Shown: positions 42,123 through 53,762 of the stretch, piece by piece
Position numbering within the stretch: position 1 is the stretch's first letter
Layout: each line of letters starts with the position of its first letter
Assembly: GCA_965227515.1 (NCBI GenBank)
Contig: CBDDFZ010000001.1
Span: 480,001-544,000, forward strand
Direction: 5' to 3'
DNA: 64,000 nucleotides
Source: Alphaproteobacteria bacterium
Lineage (GTDB): Bacteria; Pseudomonadota; Alphaproteobacteria; CALKHQ01
Program-made: the position numbers and the translations under genes
Notes under the pieces: model-generated
What the model was told of the DNA's origin: nothing
Database searches by the model: none
What the model saw: only the letters and a program-made list of their open reading frames with translations

Positions 42123-42308
42123 CATCGTCGCCCTCGCCCTTGTGGCGAGGGCCCATCCGAATGCATGGTTGATTGCGTCCGCTTGCCACTGATTGTCGAT
42201 GCAGCAATGCTTGCGATTGCAACCGCCGCACCGTTCCGTGAGTTCCACTTGAGCCTTTGGCGTGCAGGACAAAAATGGGTCCTCGGGACAAGCCCGAGGA
42301 CGACGATG
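42123..42308. repeat. REPIN-like element, copy C
   Basis: CATCGTCGCCCTCGCCCTTGTGGCGAGGGCCCAT ... ATGGGTCCTCGGGACAAGCCCGAGGACGACGATG between convergent genes. Confidence 0.88.
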
Positions 42309-42354
42309 TCGCGATATTGAGGGTGACATAGGCGAGTTCGTAACCGACAGCCCC

Positions 42355-43467
42355 CTACCGCGCCGGACCGACCGAGAGATAGTAGAACGGGCCCGGCGGG
42401 CCGATGAACACGAAGTACAATGGGAAAAAGAACGGGCACCCACTGGCGATCCAGTCGCCGAGCGCGTCGCGCGTCTCCGGTCCGATGCCGGCGGGTGGGT
42501 GATCCTCGTGGCCCAGTTCGGTGATCGTGATGCTGCCGAAATAGCCCAGGCGGAACATGGCGTTGCGCCATTCATAGCCGCCAACATGGCCGTCCGCGGC
42601 GGCCGTGGAGATCAAGTCCCAGGCCGCATCGACGTCCCCGCTTCTGCACGCCGCAACGATCTCGCCGGTCGGCGCCACTATGCTGTTGTCCGGGATCGCC
42701 CGGGCACGCTGGAAGACGGCGGTCGCGTCGTCATATTGCTCCGCGATGATCAGAACGGTGCCTAGCAGCTGCTCCGGCCCCATTATCGGCACCAATGGGT
42801 CGAGCGCGTAGGCCTCGGCAGCAGCGCCATCCTCCTCAAGCAGCGCGATGGCACGCTCCAGGTGGCCGAGCGCGGCTTCGGTCTCGCCCAGGCTCGCCTC
42901 TGCAAAGCCAAGCACCGTGAGTTGCGCAATGTCATCGGGCGCCGCATCGAGCGCCGCCCGCAGGTCGTCGCGCGCCGTTTCAAATTCGCCTTGCGAGGCG
43001 GCGCGCTGCACCAACAGCAGGCGGCCGCGCTCGCCGCGCGCCACCGCGTCGTCCGGCTGCAACCGGATCAGGTTGTCGAGCGCGGTGCGCCGCTCTTCGG
43101 TATCTGTGGTCAGGTTCGCAATGCCACGCCAGGCCGCGGCGAGATCGGGGTCTGCCTCGACCGCATCGCGATAGGGGTGAAGCGCGCGCCCCGGCGACTC
43201 GCCGCGGGTGAACCAGCCGGCGTAGGCCATATGCCACTGCGCCAGTTCCGCCCCTTCGTATTCGCCTGACTCGATCAGTTGCCGGCAGGCAGCGCGGGAC
43301 TCGTTGATGTCGGCGCCCTCGGGATCGGCAAGACAGAGGTCTCGCAAGGCCGAGTCGTCGGCCATCAGCACGATCACCACCACGGCGACGATCGCAGCCA
43401 CGGCCAGCCCACCGGCGGCGAGCAAAAGGCGACGCTTGTTTCCGGGCGGGTTACCAGGCGGGCTCAT
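42355..43467 (-). CDS. Membrane-anchored TPR protein, possible C-terminal peptidoglycan-binding-like module
   Basis: N-terminal TM; TPR-like A..L.PD..A...RG helices; C-terminal FRLGYF...GIGPETRDAL. Confidence 0.7.
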   Translation of the reverse strand: MSPPGNPPGNKRRLLLAAGGLAVAAIVAVVVIVLMADDSALRDLCLADPEGADINESRAACRQLIESGEYEGAELAQWHMAYAGWFTRGESPGRALHPYRDAVEADPDLAAAWRGIANLTTDTEERRTALDNLIRLQPDDAVARGERGRLLLVQRAASQGEFETARDDLRAALDAAPDDIAQLTVLGFAEASLGETEAALGHLERAIALLEEDGAAAEAYALDPLVPIMGPEQLLGTVLIIAEQYDDATAVFQRARAIPDNSIVAPTGEIVAACRSGDVDAAWDLISTAAADGHVGGYEWRNAMFRLGYFGSITITELGHEDHPPAGIGPETRDALGDWIASGCPFFFPLYFVFIGPPGPFYYLSVGPAR

Positions 43468-43535
43468 TGATGGTCGGCCTCCCTCGTCCGCATGCTAGCC
43501 AGACCGAATTGAATGTCCATGCCACAGGCCCCCTA

Positions 43536-43582
43536 TTGACAACCGGCATTGTGGCGAGATTATAGTTGTATGTTACAACTAT
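43536..43582 (+). promoter_or_regulatory. Sigma70-like promoter with a perfect MarR-type operator
   Basis: TTGACA at 43536; ATAGTTGTA-tgt-TACAACTAT palindrome (43562-43582) overlapping the -10 region. Confidence 0.75.
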
Positions 43583-43595
43583 TTGGGACCGAGCA

Positions 43596-44588
43596 GTGAC
43601 CACGGCGCAAGACCGGGACCAGATCGACCGCATTCGCAGCGCATCCAGGCTGCTGGTGCGCGAGTTGGGGTTCATGCGCCCGACCCTGGCCGACACCGAA
43701 TTCTCTGCCTCGTCGGTGCACGCGCTGATCGAGATCGGCGGCGGGCGGGCAAACACTGCGACGATGCTGTGCGACCGGCTGCTGCTGGAAAAGTCGTCGA
43801 TCAGCCGCCTGCTCAAGCGTCTGCAAGCGGAAGGCTTGGTCGCAGGGGTGCGGGATGCCGAGGATGGTCGCAGCAAGCGGCTGCGATTGACGCCGTCCGG
43901 CGCCCGGGTCCTCGAACGCATCCATGCTTTCGCCCGCGACCAGGTTGCCGGCGCCACCCAGCCCCTGCCTGCCGACATGGTCGACGGGATCGAACGCAGC
44001 CTTCGTGCGTACGCGTACGCGCTGAAAGCCGCCCGAACCGGCGATACGCGACCCAGGGAATCGCCGGCATGTCGTATCGAGGCGGGCTACCGGCCTGGCC
44101 TGATCGGCAGGCTGGTGGCGATGCAGACCGAGTACTACGCTGGCACGGTCTCGTTCGGCCGCGCGTTCGAAGCCAAGGTCGCGACCGAGATGGCCGCGTT
44201 CATGGAGCGCGCCGACCGGCCGATGAACCGGACCTGGGCCGCCCTGTCCGGCACCGATGACGAGATCGTCGGCGGCATCTCCATTGATGGCGAAGACCTG
44301 GACGGCGAAGACGGGGACGGCAGCGTCGCGCACCTGCGCTGGTTCATCACCGGCGACGCTGTCCGGGGCAAGGGCGTCGGCCGCGACCTGCTCGGCACAG
44401 CCATGGCCTTTGTCGACGACCGCGGGTTCGCGGAAACCCGGCTGTGGACCTTCGACGGGCTTGCCGCCGCACGCCGGCTCTACGAACAGGTGGGGTTTGT
44501 GCTGGTCGAGGAACAGGCCGGCGCGCAATGGGGCCGCGAAGTCCTGGAACAGCAGTTCGTGCGCCGCCGGCCAGCAGCAACTCGGTGA
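43596..44588 (+). CDS. MarR HTH-GNAT acetyltransferase fusion
   Basis: SRLLVRELG, LEKSSISR, DGRSK; AHLRWFI, RGKGVG, LWTF.GL.AARRLYE..GF. Confidence 0.92.
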   Translation: MTTAQDRDQIDRIRSASRLLVRELGFMRPTLADTEFSASSVHALIEIGGGRANTATMLCDRLLLEKSSISRLLKRLQAEGLVAGVRDAEDGRSKRLRLTPSGARVLERIHAFARDQVAGATQPLPADMVDGIERSLRAYAYALKAARTGDTRPRESPACRIEAGYRPGLIGRLVAMQTEYYAGTVSFGRAFEAKVATEMAAFMERADRPMNRTWAALSGTDDEIVGGISIDGEDLDGEDGDGSVAHLRWFITGDAVRGKGVGRDLLGTAMAFVDDRGFAETRLWTFDGLAAARRLYEQVGFVLVEEQAGAQWGREVLEQQFVRRRPAATR

Positions 44589-44589
44589 G

Positions 44590-45372
44590 CTAACGGCCCA
44601 GGAATGTCGCCCCAACTGGCACGCCGAGCTCTTCCAGCGCGGCAAGAAACGTTGCGTTCAGGCGGACCGCCAGATTGCTCCGGTCGCAGACATTGCTGCC
44701 GCCGGGCAGGCTGTGCCGGGCGTGCACCGCGACCACGAAACGCCGGGTGCCGATGGCGACGTGGAGCGGCGCACCGGACGCGCCGACGTCGCTGTCGCAA
44801 TCGTGGATGATCACGCCGGCGGTGTACGTGTCTTCCAGGCAGGGCGGCGGGATAGTGCACCCAGCCTGCACGTACGGCTGACGGTCGAGATCGGCGTGGT
44901 AGCCGGCCAGCACCAGGCGGTCGGCGATGCCGGGCAGCGCGGCGTCGGCAATGGGCCAGGGCACGAACGGCACGCAACCGGGCACCGGCGCCGCCAGCCG
45001 CATCACTGCCCAGTCGTCGGCGTCGTCATGACTGGCGCCGGTCGCCACCGACCCGGCGATGACTTGGATGGACGCGCCACCGGCGGCGGGAATGAACTCC
45101 ATGCGGTCGGCATAGGGCGTGCCGTCGGGGTGGGCGACCGTGTGGCGCGCGGTCGCCAGCACGTCGCACGCGCCGATCAGAAAAGCCGTGCTGCCGACTT
45201 CGCCCTCGGGATAGAGGATGCCGAGCGCCGACATCAGCGCGGTATCGCCGCTGTCCGCCGGCACCCGGTCGTCGGGGCCGATCACATCGACCGGTAGCGC
45301 CGGCGGGCCGGAGACATCAGGTGCGATGAGCAGGAACCAGCCAAGCGGCAGCAGGGCCGCCGCGGCAATCAC
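44590..45372 (-). CDS. Trypsin-like (V8-type) serine protease, exported
   Basis: TARH, DWAVMRL, HDCDSDVGASGAP catalytic triad; hydrophobic N-terminus. Confidence 0.8.
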   Translation of the reverse strand: MIAAAALLPLGWFLLIAPDVSGPPALPVDVIGPDDRVPADSGDTALMSALGILYPEGEVGSTAFLIGACDVLATARHTVAHPDGTPYADRMEFIPAAGGASIQVIAGSVATGASHDDADDWAVMRLAAPVPGCVPFVPWPIADAALPGIADRLVLAGYHADLDRQPYVQAGCTIPPPCLEDTYTAGVIIHDCDSDVGASGAPLHVAIGTRRFVVAVHARHSLPGGSNVCDRSNLAVRLNATFLAALEELGVPVGATFLGR

Positions 45373-45731
45373 GACTGTGGCCGGCGCAGGCGGCGATAAC
45401 GCGTGACGGCAATGGCGAGGCCACCGGTGAACACCAGCACGCCGATGACGGTCGGCAACCAGAGCGTCGCCGACGCCTCCGGCTCGTCCTGCAGGTCGCT
45501 GGCGAAGTACGCGCCGGCAATGGCAAACACCAGGCCGACCAGCATGATCATGAACGGGGTCGAGCCGATGGCGTAGAGCACCAGCAACGGGTTACGTGAC
45601 TGGCCGGCGTGGACCGCATCCAGCTTGGCCTGCAGGCCTTCGCCCTTCTCCAGCACGGATTCGGCGAGATCGCGCATTTGCGGGTCGAGCTTGTCGAGCT
45701 CGCGCCGCAGCTTGGGGTCGGTTTCCTGCAT
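45369..45731 (-). CDS. Hypothetical two-TM membrane protein
   Basis: Coiled N-terminus and two hydrophobic segments; GTGA overlap with the protease gene. Confidence 0.65.
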   Translation of the reverse strand: MQETDPKLRRELDKLDPQMRDLAESVLEKGEGLQAKLDAVHAGQSRNPLLVLYAIGSTPFMIMLVGLVFAIAGAYFASDLQDEPEASATLWLPTVIGVLVFTGGLAIAVTRYRRLRRPQS

Positions 45732-45767
45732 CGGTCGTTCGCGCGCGGATCGGCCGAAAATGCCCGG

Positions 45768-46187
45768 CTAGGCCGCCTGCTCCGGCATGCGGAACGGGGA
45801 GATATCCGCGTCCGGGTCGTCGTCTGGCGTGAACTGGATTTCCAGATGATTGCCGTCCGGATCGTAGTGATTGACCTGGCGGACGTTGATCTCCGGCACG
45901 ATCGAGACCCAGTAGGGAATGTCGTTGGCGCGCAGCTTCTCCAGATAGGCGTTCAGGCCCTTGCACATGAAGGCCACGTGCTCCATCTGCGGCTCGCCCA
46001 CGTCCATCGGCTTGTCCATGGTCACCAGGTGCACCACGGCGCGGTCGTTGCAATAGAGCCAGGTCCCGCCCATGCCGAACGGCGGACGGTAGCCGTCGGT
46101 CAGGCCCAGGATCTTGCGGTAGAAATCCGCCATCGCCGGTTCGTTGGCGGTGCGAATGTTGATGTGGTCGAGCCACTGGATGGACAT
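45768..46187 (-). CDS. VOC/glyoxalase family protein
   Basis: LDHINI, FYRKILGL..G.RPPF, EHVAF, DPDGNHLE. Confidence 0.88.
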   Translation of the reverse strand: MSIQWLDHINIRTANEPAMADFYRKILGLTDGYRPPFGMGGTWLYCNDRAVVHLVTMDKPMDVGEPQMEHVAFMCKGLNAYLEKLRANDIPYWVSIVPEINVRQVNHYDPDGNHLEIQFTPDDDPDADISPFRMPEQAA

Positions 46188-46269
46188 GGCAACCTCCCCG
46201 AGATTTGCCGGCAGTCTACACCAGCTAATCGGCAACGCCCAGCCGTCGCGGGGCGGATATGGCGTGTGA

Positions 46270-46611
46270 TCAGGCCGGCGCGCGGGTGGTGACGCCGTTC
46301 TCGGCGAACAGGTCGCCCAGCTCGCCGGTCTGGTACATCTCGCGCACGATGTCGCAACCGCCGACGAACTCGCCCTTCACATAGAGCTGCGGAATGGTCG
46401 GCCAGTCGGAATAGGTCTTGATGCCGTTGCGGATCGAGGGGTCGCTCAGCACGTCGACGCCCTGGAACTCCACGCCCATCTCGCTGAGCACGTGCACCAC
46501 GGCCGCCGAAAAGCCGCACTGCGGGAACATCGGCGAGCCCTTCATGAAAAGCACCACCGGGTTGTCGGTGACCACTTGCTTGATGCGTTCGTGGGTCTGG
46601 TCTTCGCTCAT
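46270..46611 (-). CDS. grxD: Monothiol glutaredoxin Grx4
   Basis: FMKG.P.FPQCGFS, WPTIPQLY, GGCDI. Confidence 0.96.
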   Translation of the reverse strand: MSEDQTHERIKQVVTDNPVVLFMKGSPMFPQCGFSAAVVHVLSEMGVEFQGVDVLSDPSIRNGIKTYSDWPTIPQLYVKGEFVGGCDIVREMYQTGELGDLFAENGVTTRAPA

Positions 46612-46657
46612 ATCGCGCCCTTCTCAGCGTCGTCGTGGGTGACAGTCCTGCCTATCA

Positions 46658-46897
46658 TCAGTCTTGTGGGGGGACCGCGGTGTGGAGTTGCAAGGCATGC
46701 AGTTGCTCGCCCATGCCGCCTTTCAGGGCCGCATAGACCATCTGGTGCTGGCGCACGCGGGTCTTGCCGCGAAACGCCGCAGAGGTGACGTGGGCTGCAT
46801 AGTGGTCGCCATCGCCGGCAAGGTCCTGGATCAGCACCTCCGCATCGGGCAGCGCTTCCTTGATCATGCGTTCGATGTCTGCTGCGGCCATGGCCAT
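46658..46897 (-). CDS. bolA: BolA/IbaG family protein
   Basis: DLAGDGDHY, F.GK.RV.QHQMVY, LHALQL. Confidence 0.93.
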   Translation of the reverse strand: MAMAAADIERMIKEALPDAEVLIQDLAGDGDHYAAHVTSAAFRGKTRVRQHQMVYAALKGGMGEQLHALQLHTAVPPQD

Positions 46898-46936
46898 AGC
46901 GTGCGCGATATCCCCTGTAGACGACCGCGTATGCGG

Positions 46937-49149
<2,213 letters not shown>

Positions 49150-49153
<4 letters not shown>

Positions 49154-49896
49154 GTCTCGGCTCCAGCCGTGGCCGGGGTGCCGGCCGTCTTGCCCGCCGC
49201 TTTGTCCGCCGACTTGCCGCCCGCCAGTGCCTGCAGCAGCGCCAGGCCGTCCTCGCCGCCCAGCGCCGGTTCGATCATCCGTTCCGGGTGCGGCATCATG
49301 CCGACCACATTGCGCGCCGCATTGCAGATGCCGGCGATGTTGTCGACCGAGCCGTTCGGGTTGGCCTCGCGGTGGATCTCGCCACGGCGGTCGCAATAGC
49401 GGAAGACGATGCGGTTCTCGTCGCGCAGCGTCGCCAGCGTGCGCTCGTCGGCGGTGTAGTTGCCGTCGCCGTGCGCCACCGGCATGCGCAGCACCTGGCC
49501 GGTCGAATGGGTGCAGGTGACCGGCGTCATCGCCGACTCGACCTTGATATAGATCTCGCGGCAGACGAAGCGCATCTGCGCATTGCGCAGCAGCGCGCCC
49601 GGCAACAGGCCGCATTCGACCAGCACCTGGAAGCCGTTGCAGATGCCCAGCACCGGCACGCCCTTGGCCGCGCGGTCCTTGACCTCGCGCATGATCGGGC
49701 TGGCCGCGGCCATGGCGCCGGGGCGCAGATAGTCGCCATAGGCGAACCCGCCGGGCAGGACGATGGCGTCGCAGTCGGGCAGCACGCCGTCGGCATGCCA
49801 GACCATGCGCGGCGGCACGCCGGTGATCTTCTCGATCGCGACCTTGGCGTCGCGATCGCAGTTGGAGGCGGGAAAGACGATGACGGCGACGGTCAA
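49150..49896 (-). CDS. purQ: FGAM synthase glutaminase subunit PurQ
   Basis: [44 protein letters not shown]; TTG start. Confidence 0.95.
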
Positions 49897-50141
49897 ATGG
49901 CGGACCCGGTCAAAAGATATGGGAAGCGGCGGTCGGCGCGACGCGGCCGCATCATAACGATCATCGGTCCACTGTCGCTAGTGGTTCGATTCGTCGCGGC
50001 GCACGCGATATGCGCCCCCCAACCGGCACCCATGCCCGCTTCGCGATGTTCCCGGCCGCGGTTTCGACCTATATTCCGGTGAAACAACGAAATCGGACCC
50101 GCCGCTGAGCGCCGGTCCGGCAATAACAGGCGCGGAGGACC

Positions 50142-53100
50142 ATGGCCAAAGCGGCAAAAGCCCCGGCGGCGATATCGCTGGACGACCGCTACGAGCAGCT
50201 CGACGGGCGGGTCTATCTGACCGGCACCCAGGCGCTGGTGCGCCTGCCGATGATGCAGCGCCGGCGCGACGAGGCGGCGGGCCTGAACACCGCCTGCTAC
50301 GTCTCCGGCTATCGCGGCTCGCCACTCGGCGGGCTCGACCAGCAGATGTGGCACGCCAAACAGTTCGTGGAGCGCCACCACATCAAGTTCCAGCCCGGCG
50401 TGAACGAGGACATGGCGGCGACCGCGATCTGGGGCACCCAGTCGGTCCACCTCTACGGCAAGCCGAAATACGACGGCGTGGTCGGCATCTGGTACGGCAA
50501 GGGCCCCGGCGTGGATCGAACGGGTGACGTGTTCAAGCACGCCAATCTGGCCGGCACCTCACCACATGGCGGCGTGTTGGCGCTGGCCGGCGACGACCAC
50601 ATGGCGAAGTCGTCGACCACCGCCCACCAGTCCGACTTCGCGTTCGTCGACGCCTCGATCCCGACCATGAACCCGGCCGGCGTGCAGGAGTTCATGGACC
50701 TGGGCCTCTATGGCATCGCCATGTCGCGGTTCTCCGGCCTGTGGATCGGCATGAAGTGCGTCGCCGATACCGTGGAGAGTGCCGCGTCGGTGTCGGTGGA
50801 CCCGCAGCGGGTGAACATCGTCTTGCCCGAAGACGTGCCCAACACCCCCGGCGGCCGCGGCGTGCGCTGGCCCGATGGCATGCTGGAGCAGGAGGCCCGC
50901 CTGCACGAGGTGAAGCTGCCGGCGGCGATGGCGTTCCTGCGCGCCAACAGCCTGGACCGGGTGATCTGGCGGCCGAAGGGCTCCCGGCTGGGCATCGTCA
51001 CCGCCGGCAAGTCCTATCTGGACGTGCGCCAGGCGCTGGACGAGCTGGGCGTCGACGAGGTCGACGCCGCGCGCCTGGGCATCGCGATGATGAAGATCGC
51101 CGTCACCTGGCCGATCGAGCCGAACGGCATCGCCGCGTTCGCCGACGGGCTGGACGAGATCCTGGTCGTCGAGGAGAAGCGCGGGCTGATCGAACCGCAG
51201 CTCAAGGACATTCTGTATGGCATGCCGGCCGACCGGCGGCCGCGCATCGTCGGCAAGCGCGACGAGAAGGGCCGCGACCTGTTGCCGGCGCCGGGCGAGC
51301 TGACCCCGGCGCGGATCGCGCGCACCATCGCCGCCCGCCTGAAGCGCATCGAGGACGTCGACGACCCGGAGATCGCGGCCAAGCTGAAATGGCTGGACCG
51401 TAAGGAAAAGGCGATGCAGCGCGTGACCGCGCCGCTGCAGCGCACGCCCTATTTCTGTTCCGGCTGCCCGCACAACAGCTCGACCAAGATCCCCGACGGC
51501 AGTGTCCAGCTCGCCGGCATCGGCTGCCACTACATGGTGGTGTGGACCGACCGCAACGCCAAGACCTTCAGCCAGATGGGCGGCGAGGGCATGGCCTGGT
51601 GCGGCGCCAGCGCCTTCACCGAAATCCCGCACGCCTTCGCCAATCTGGGCGACGGCACCTATTTCCACAGCGGCATCATGGCGATCCGCGCCGCCGTCGC
51701 GTCCGGCGCCAACATCACCTACAAGATCCTCTACAACGACGCGGTGGCGATGACCGGCGGCCAGCCGGTGGACGGGCCGCTTAGCGTGCCGCGGATCACC
51801 CAGCAGGTCCGCGCCGAGGGCGTCAACCGCATCGCCGTGGTCACCGACGAGCCGCAGAAATATCCGCTGGCCGCCGGTTTCGCCGAGGGCGTGACCATCC
51901 ACCACCGCGACGACCTGGACGCCGTGCAGCGCGACCTGCGCGAGGTGAAGGGATGCTCGGTGCTGGTCTACGACCAGACGTGTGCGGCGGAGAAGCGGCG
52001 CCGGCGCAAGCGCGGCACCTTCCCCGACCCGGCGCGCCGGGTGGTGATCAACGAGCGGGTGTGCGAGGGCTGCGGCGACTGTTCGGTGCAGTCGAACTGC
52101 CTGTCGGTGGTGCCGGTGGAGACCCCGTTCGGCCGCAAGCGCGCCATCGACCAGTCGTCCTGCAACAAGGACTATTCGTGCCTGAAGGGCTTCTGCCCCA
52201 GCTTCGTGACGGTGGAGGGCGGCAAGCTGCGCACGCCCAAGACCGTGAAACCGACCACCGATCCGGCCCGGCAATGGACGGCGGAGGTGCCCGAGCCCGA
52301 TCTGCCGGCGGTCGACGCGCCCTACAACATCGTCGTCACCGGCATCGGCGGCACCGGCGTCGTGACCATCGGCGCGCTGCTGGGCATGGCCGCCCACATC
52401 GACGGCAAGGGCTGCTCGGTGATGGACATGACCGGCCTGGCGCAAAAGGGCGGCGCCGTGGTCAGCCACATCCGCATCGCCGACGAGCCGGACGCGCTGC
52501 ACGCCGTGCGGATTGCCGCCGGCGGGGCCAATTTGATCCTGGGCTGCGATATGGTGGTGACCGCCGGGTTCGAGACCATGGCCAAGGCGCAGAAGGGCGT
52601 GACCCGCGCCATCGTCAACGACAAAGAGACGGTGACCGCCGATTTCACCCGCAACCCGGACCAGCCCTTCCCCGGCGACGGGCTGCGCCACACCATCGTC
52701 CAGGGTGCCGGCAAGGACGCCGCCGAGTTCGTGTCGGCGACCCGGCTGGCCACCGCCCTGCTGGGCAATTCGATCGCCACCAACCTGTTCATGCTGGGCT
52801 ATGCCTGGCAGCGCGGCCTGGTGCCGGTGAGCGCCGAGGCGCTGGAGACAGCCATCGCGCTCAATGGCGTCGCGGTGGAGGCGAACAAGCGCGCCTTCCT
52901 GTGGGGCCGGCGCGCCGCCGTGGACATGGCGGCGGTCGAGCGGGCCGCCGCACCCCTGGACGCCGAGAAGGACCGACCGAGTGCCGAGCCGGTGCCGGAC
53001 ACGCTGGAGGCGATCCGCGCGCACCGGGCGGAATTCCTGGTCGGCTACCAGAACCGGGCCTATGCCGACCGCTATACCGCACTGGTCGACAAGGTGGCCG

Positions 53101-53666
53101 CCGCCGAGGCGGATCGCGCACCCGGCATGAGCGGGCTGGCCGAGGCGGTCGCCCGCTATGCGTTCAAGCTGATGGCCTACAAGGACGAGTACGAGGTCGC
53201 GCGCCTGTTCACCGACGGTGCGTTCATGAAGCGGGTGCGCCACATGTTCGACGGCGACTACAAGCTGAAATTCCACATGGCGCCGCCCGTTCTGGCCGAC
53301 CGCGACCCCGCCACCGGCCATTTGCAGAAGAAGGCCTATGGCCCGTGGATGATGCGCGCGTTTGCCGTGCTCGCCCGGCTGAAGGGGCTGCGCGGCACCT
53401 GGGCCGACCCGTTCGGACGTACCGCCGAGCGCAGGCGCGAGCGGGCGATGATCGCGGCCTACGAGCGCACGGTGGATGAGCTGATCAGCGGGCTCGATCA
53501 CGACAACCATGCGCTGGCGGTGGAGATCGCCAGCCTGCCCGAGCACATCCGCGGCTATGGCCACATCAAGGAGGCGTCCATCGACGCGGCCGAGGCGCGC
53601 CAGGCCGAGCTGTTGGCCGCGTTCCGCAATCCCGTCGCGCCCACCGACATCCAGGCCGCCGAGTGA
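50142..53666 (+). CDS. Indolepyruvate ferredoxin oxidoreductase family protein (fused subunits)
   Basis: GYRGSPLG, WYGKGPGVDR, FCSGCPHN, GDGTYFHSG, CEGCGDC, GIGGTGV, GLAQKGG, YKDEYEVAR. Confidence 0.95.
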   Translation: MAKAAKAPAAISLDDRYEQLDGRVYLTGTQALVRLPMMQRRRDEAAGLNTACYVSGYRGSPLGGLDQQMWHAKQFVERHHIKFQPGVNEDMAATAIWGTQSVHLYGKPKYDGVVGIWYGKGPGVDRTGDVFKHANLAGTSPHGGVLALAGDDHMAKSSTTAHQSDFAFVDASIPTMNPAGVQEFMDLGLYGIAMSRFSGLWIGMKCVADTVESAASVSVDPQRVNIVLPEDVPNTPGGRGVRWPDGMLEQEARLHEVKLPAAMAFLRANSLDRVIWRPKGSRLGIVTAGKSYLDVRQALDELGVDEVDAARLGIAMMKIAVTWPIEPNGIAAFADGLDEILVVEEKRGLIEPQLKDILYGMPADRRPRIVGKRDEKGRDLLPAPGELTPARIARTIAARLKRIEDVDDPEIAAKLKWLDRKEKAMQRVTAPLQRTPYFCSGCPHNSSTKIPDGSVQLAGIGCHYMVVWTDRNAKTFSQMGGEGMAWCGASAFTEIPHAFANLGDGTYFHSGIMAIRAAVASGANITYKILYNDAVAMTGGQPVDGPLSVPRITQQVRAEGVNRIAVVTDEPQKYPLAAGFAEGVTIHHRDDLDAVQRDLREVKGCSVLVYDQTCAAEKRRRRKRGTFPDPARRVVINERVCEGCGDCSVQSNCLSVVPVETPFGRKRAIDQSSCNKDYSCLKGFCPSFVTVEGGKLRTPKTVKPTTDPARQWTAEVPEPDLPAVDAPYNIVVTGIGGTGVVTIGALLGMAAHIDGKGCSVMDMTGLAQKGGAVVSHIRIADEPDALHAVRIAAGGANLILGCDMVVTAGFETMAKAQKGVTRAIVNDKETVTADFTRNPDQPFPGDGLRHTIVQGAGKDAAEFVSATRLATALLGNSIATNLFMLGYAWQRGLVPVSAEALETAIALNGVAVEANKRAFLWGRRAAVDMAAVERAAAPLDAEKDRPSAEPVPDTLEAIRAHRAEFLVGYQNRAYADRYTALVDKVAAAEADRAPGMSGLAEAVARYAFKLMAYKDEYEVARLFTDGAFMKRVRHMFDGDYKLKFHMAPPVLADRDPATGHLQKKAYGPWMMRAFAVLARLKGLRGTWADPFGRTAERRRERAMIAAYERTVDELISGLDHDNHALAVEIASLPEHIRGYGHIKEASIDAAEARQAELLAAFRNPVAPTDIQAAE

Positions 53667-53762
53667 TACCCCGTCGCGTGATTGCCCGGCCCGTGCCATC
53701 ATGGCGCCATCAAACGAGGGTATGCACAACCTCGCGGCAGTGATCTTTAGGGGGAGAAGCTC

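Noticed and set aside
49154-49615. Long N-terminal extension of PurL in the ORF track
   Set aside because: Overlaps purQ in another frame; a GTG at 49153 coupled to the purQ stop is the plausible start. Similar over-long calls for amtB, glcE, TRAP SBP and the acylase were trimmed
49897-50141. Hidden purS or riboswitch upstream of purQ
   Set aside because: No PurS-like reading frame or recognisable aptamer seen by eye; an Infernal scan would be needed to exclude a structured RNA
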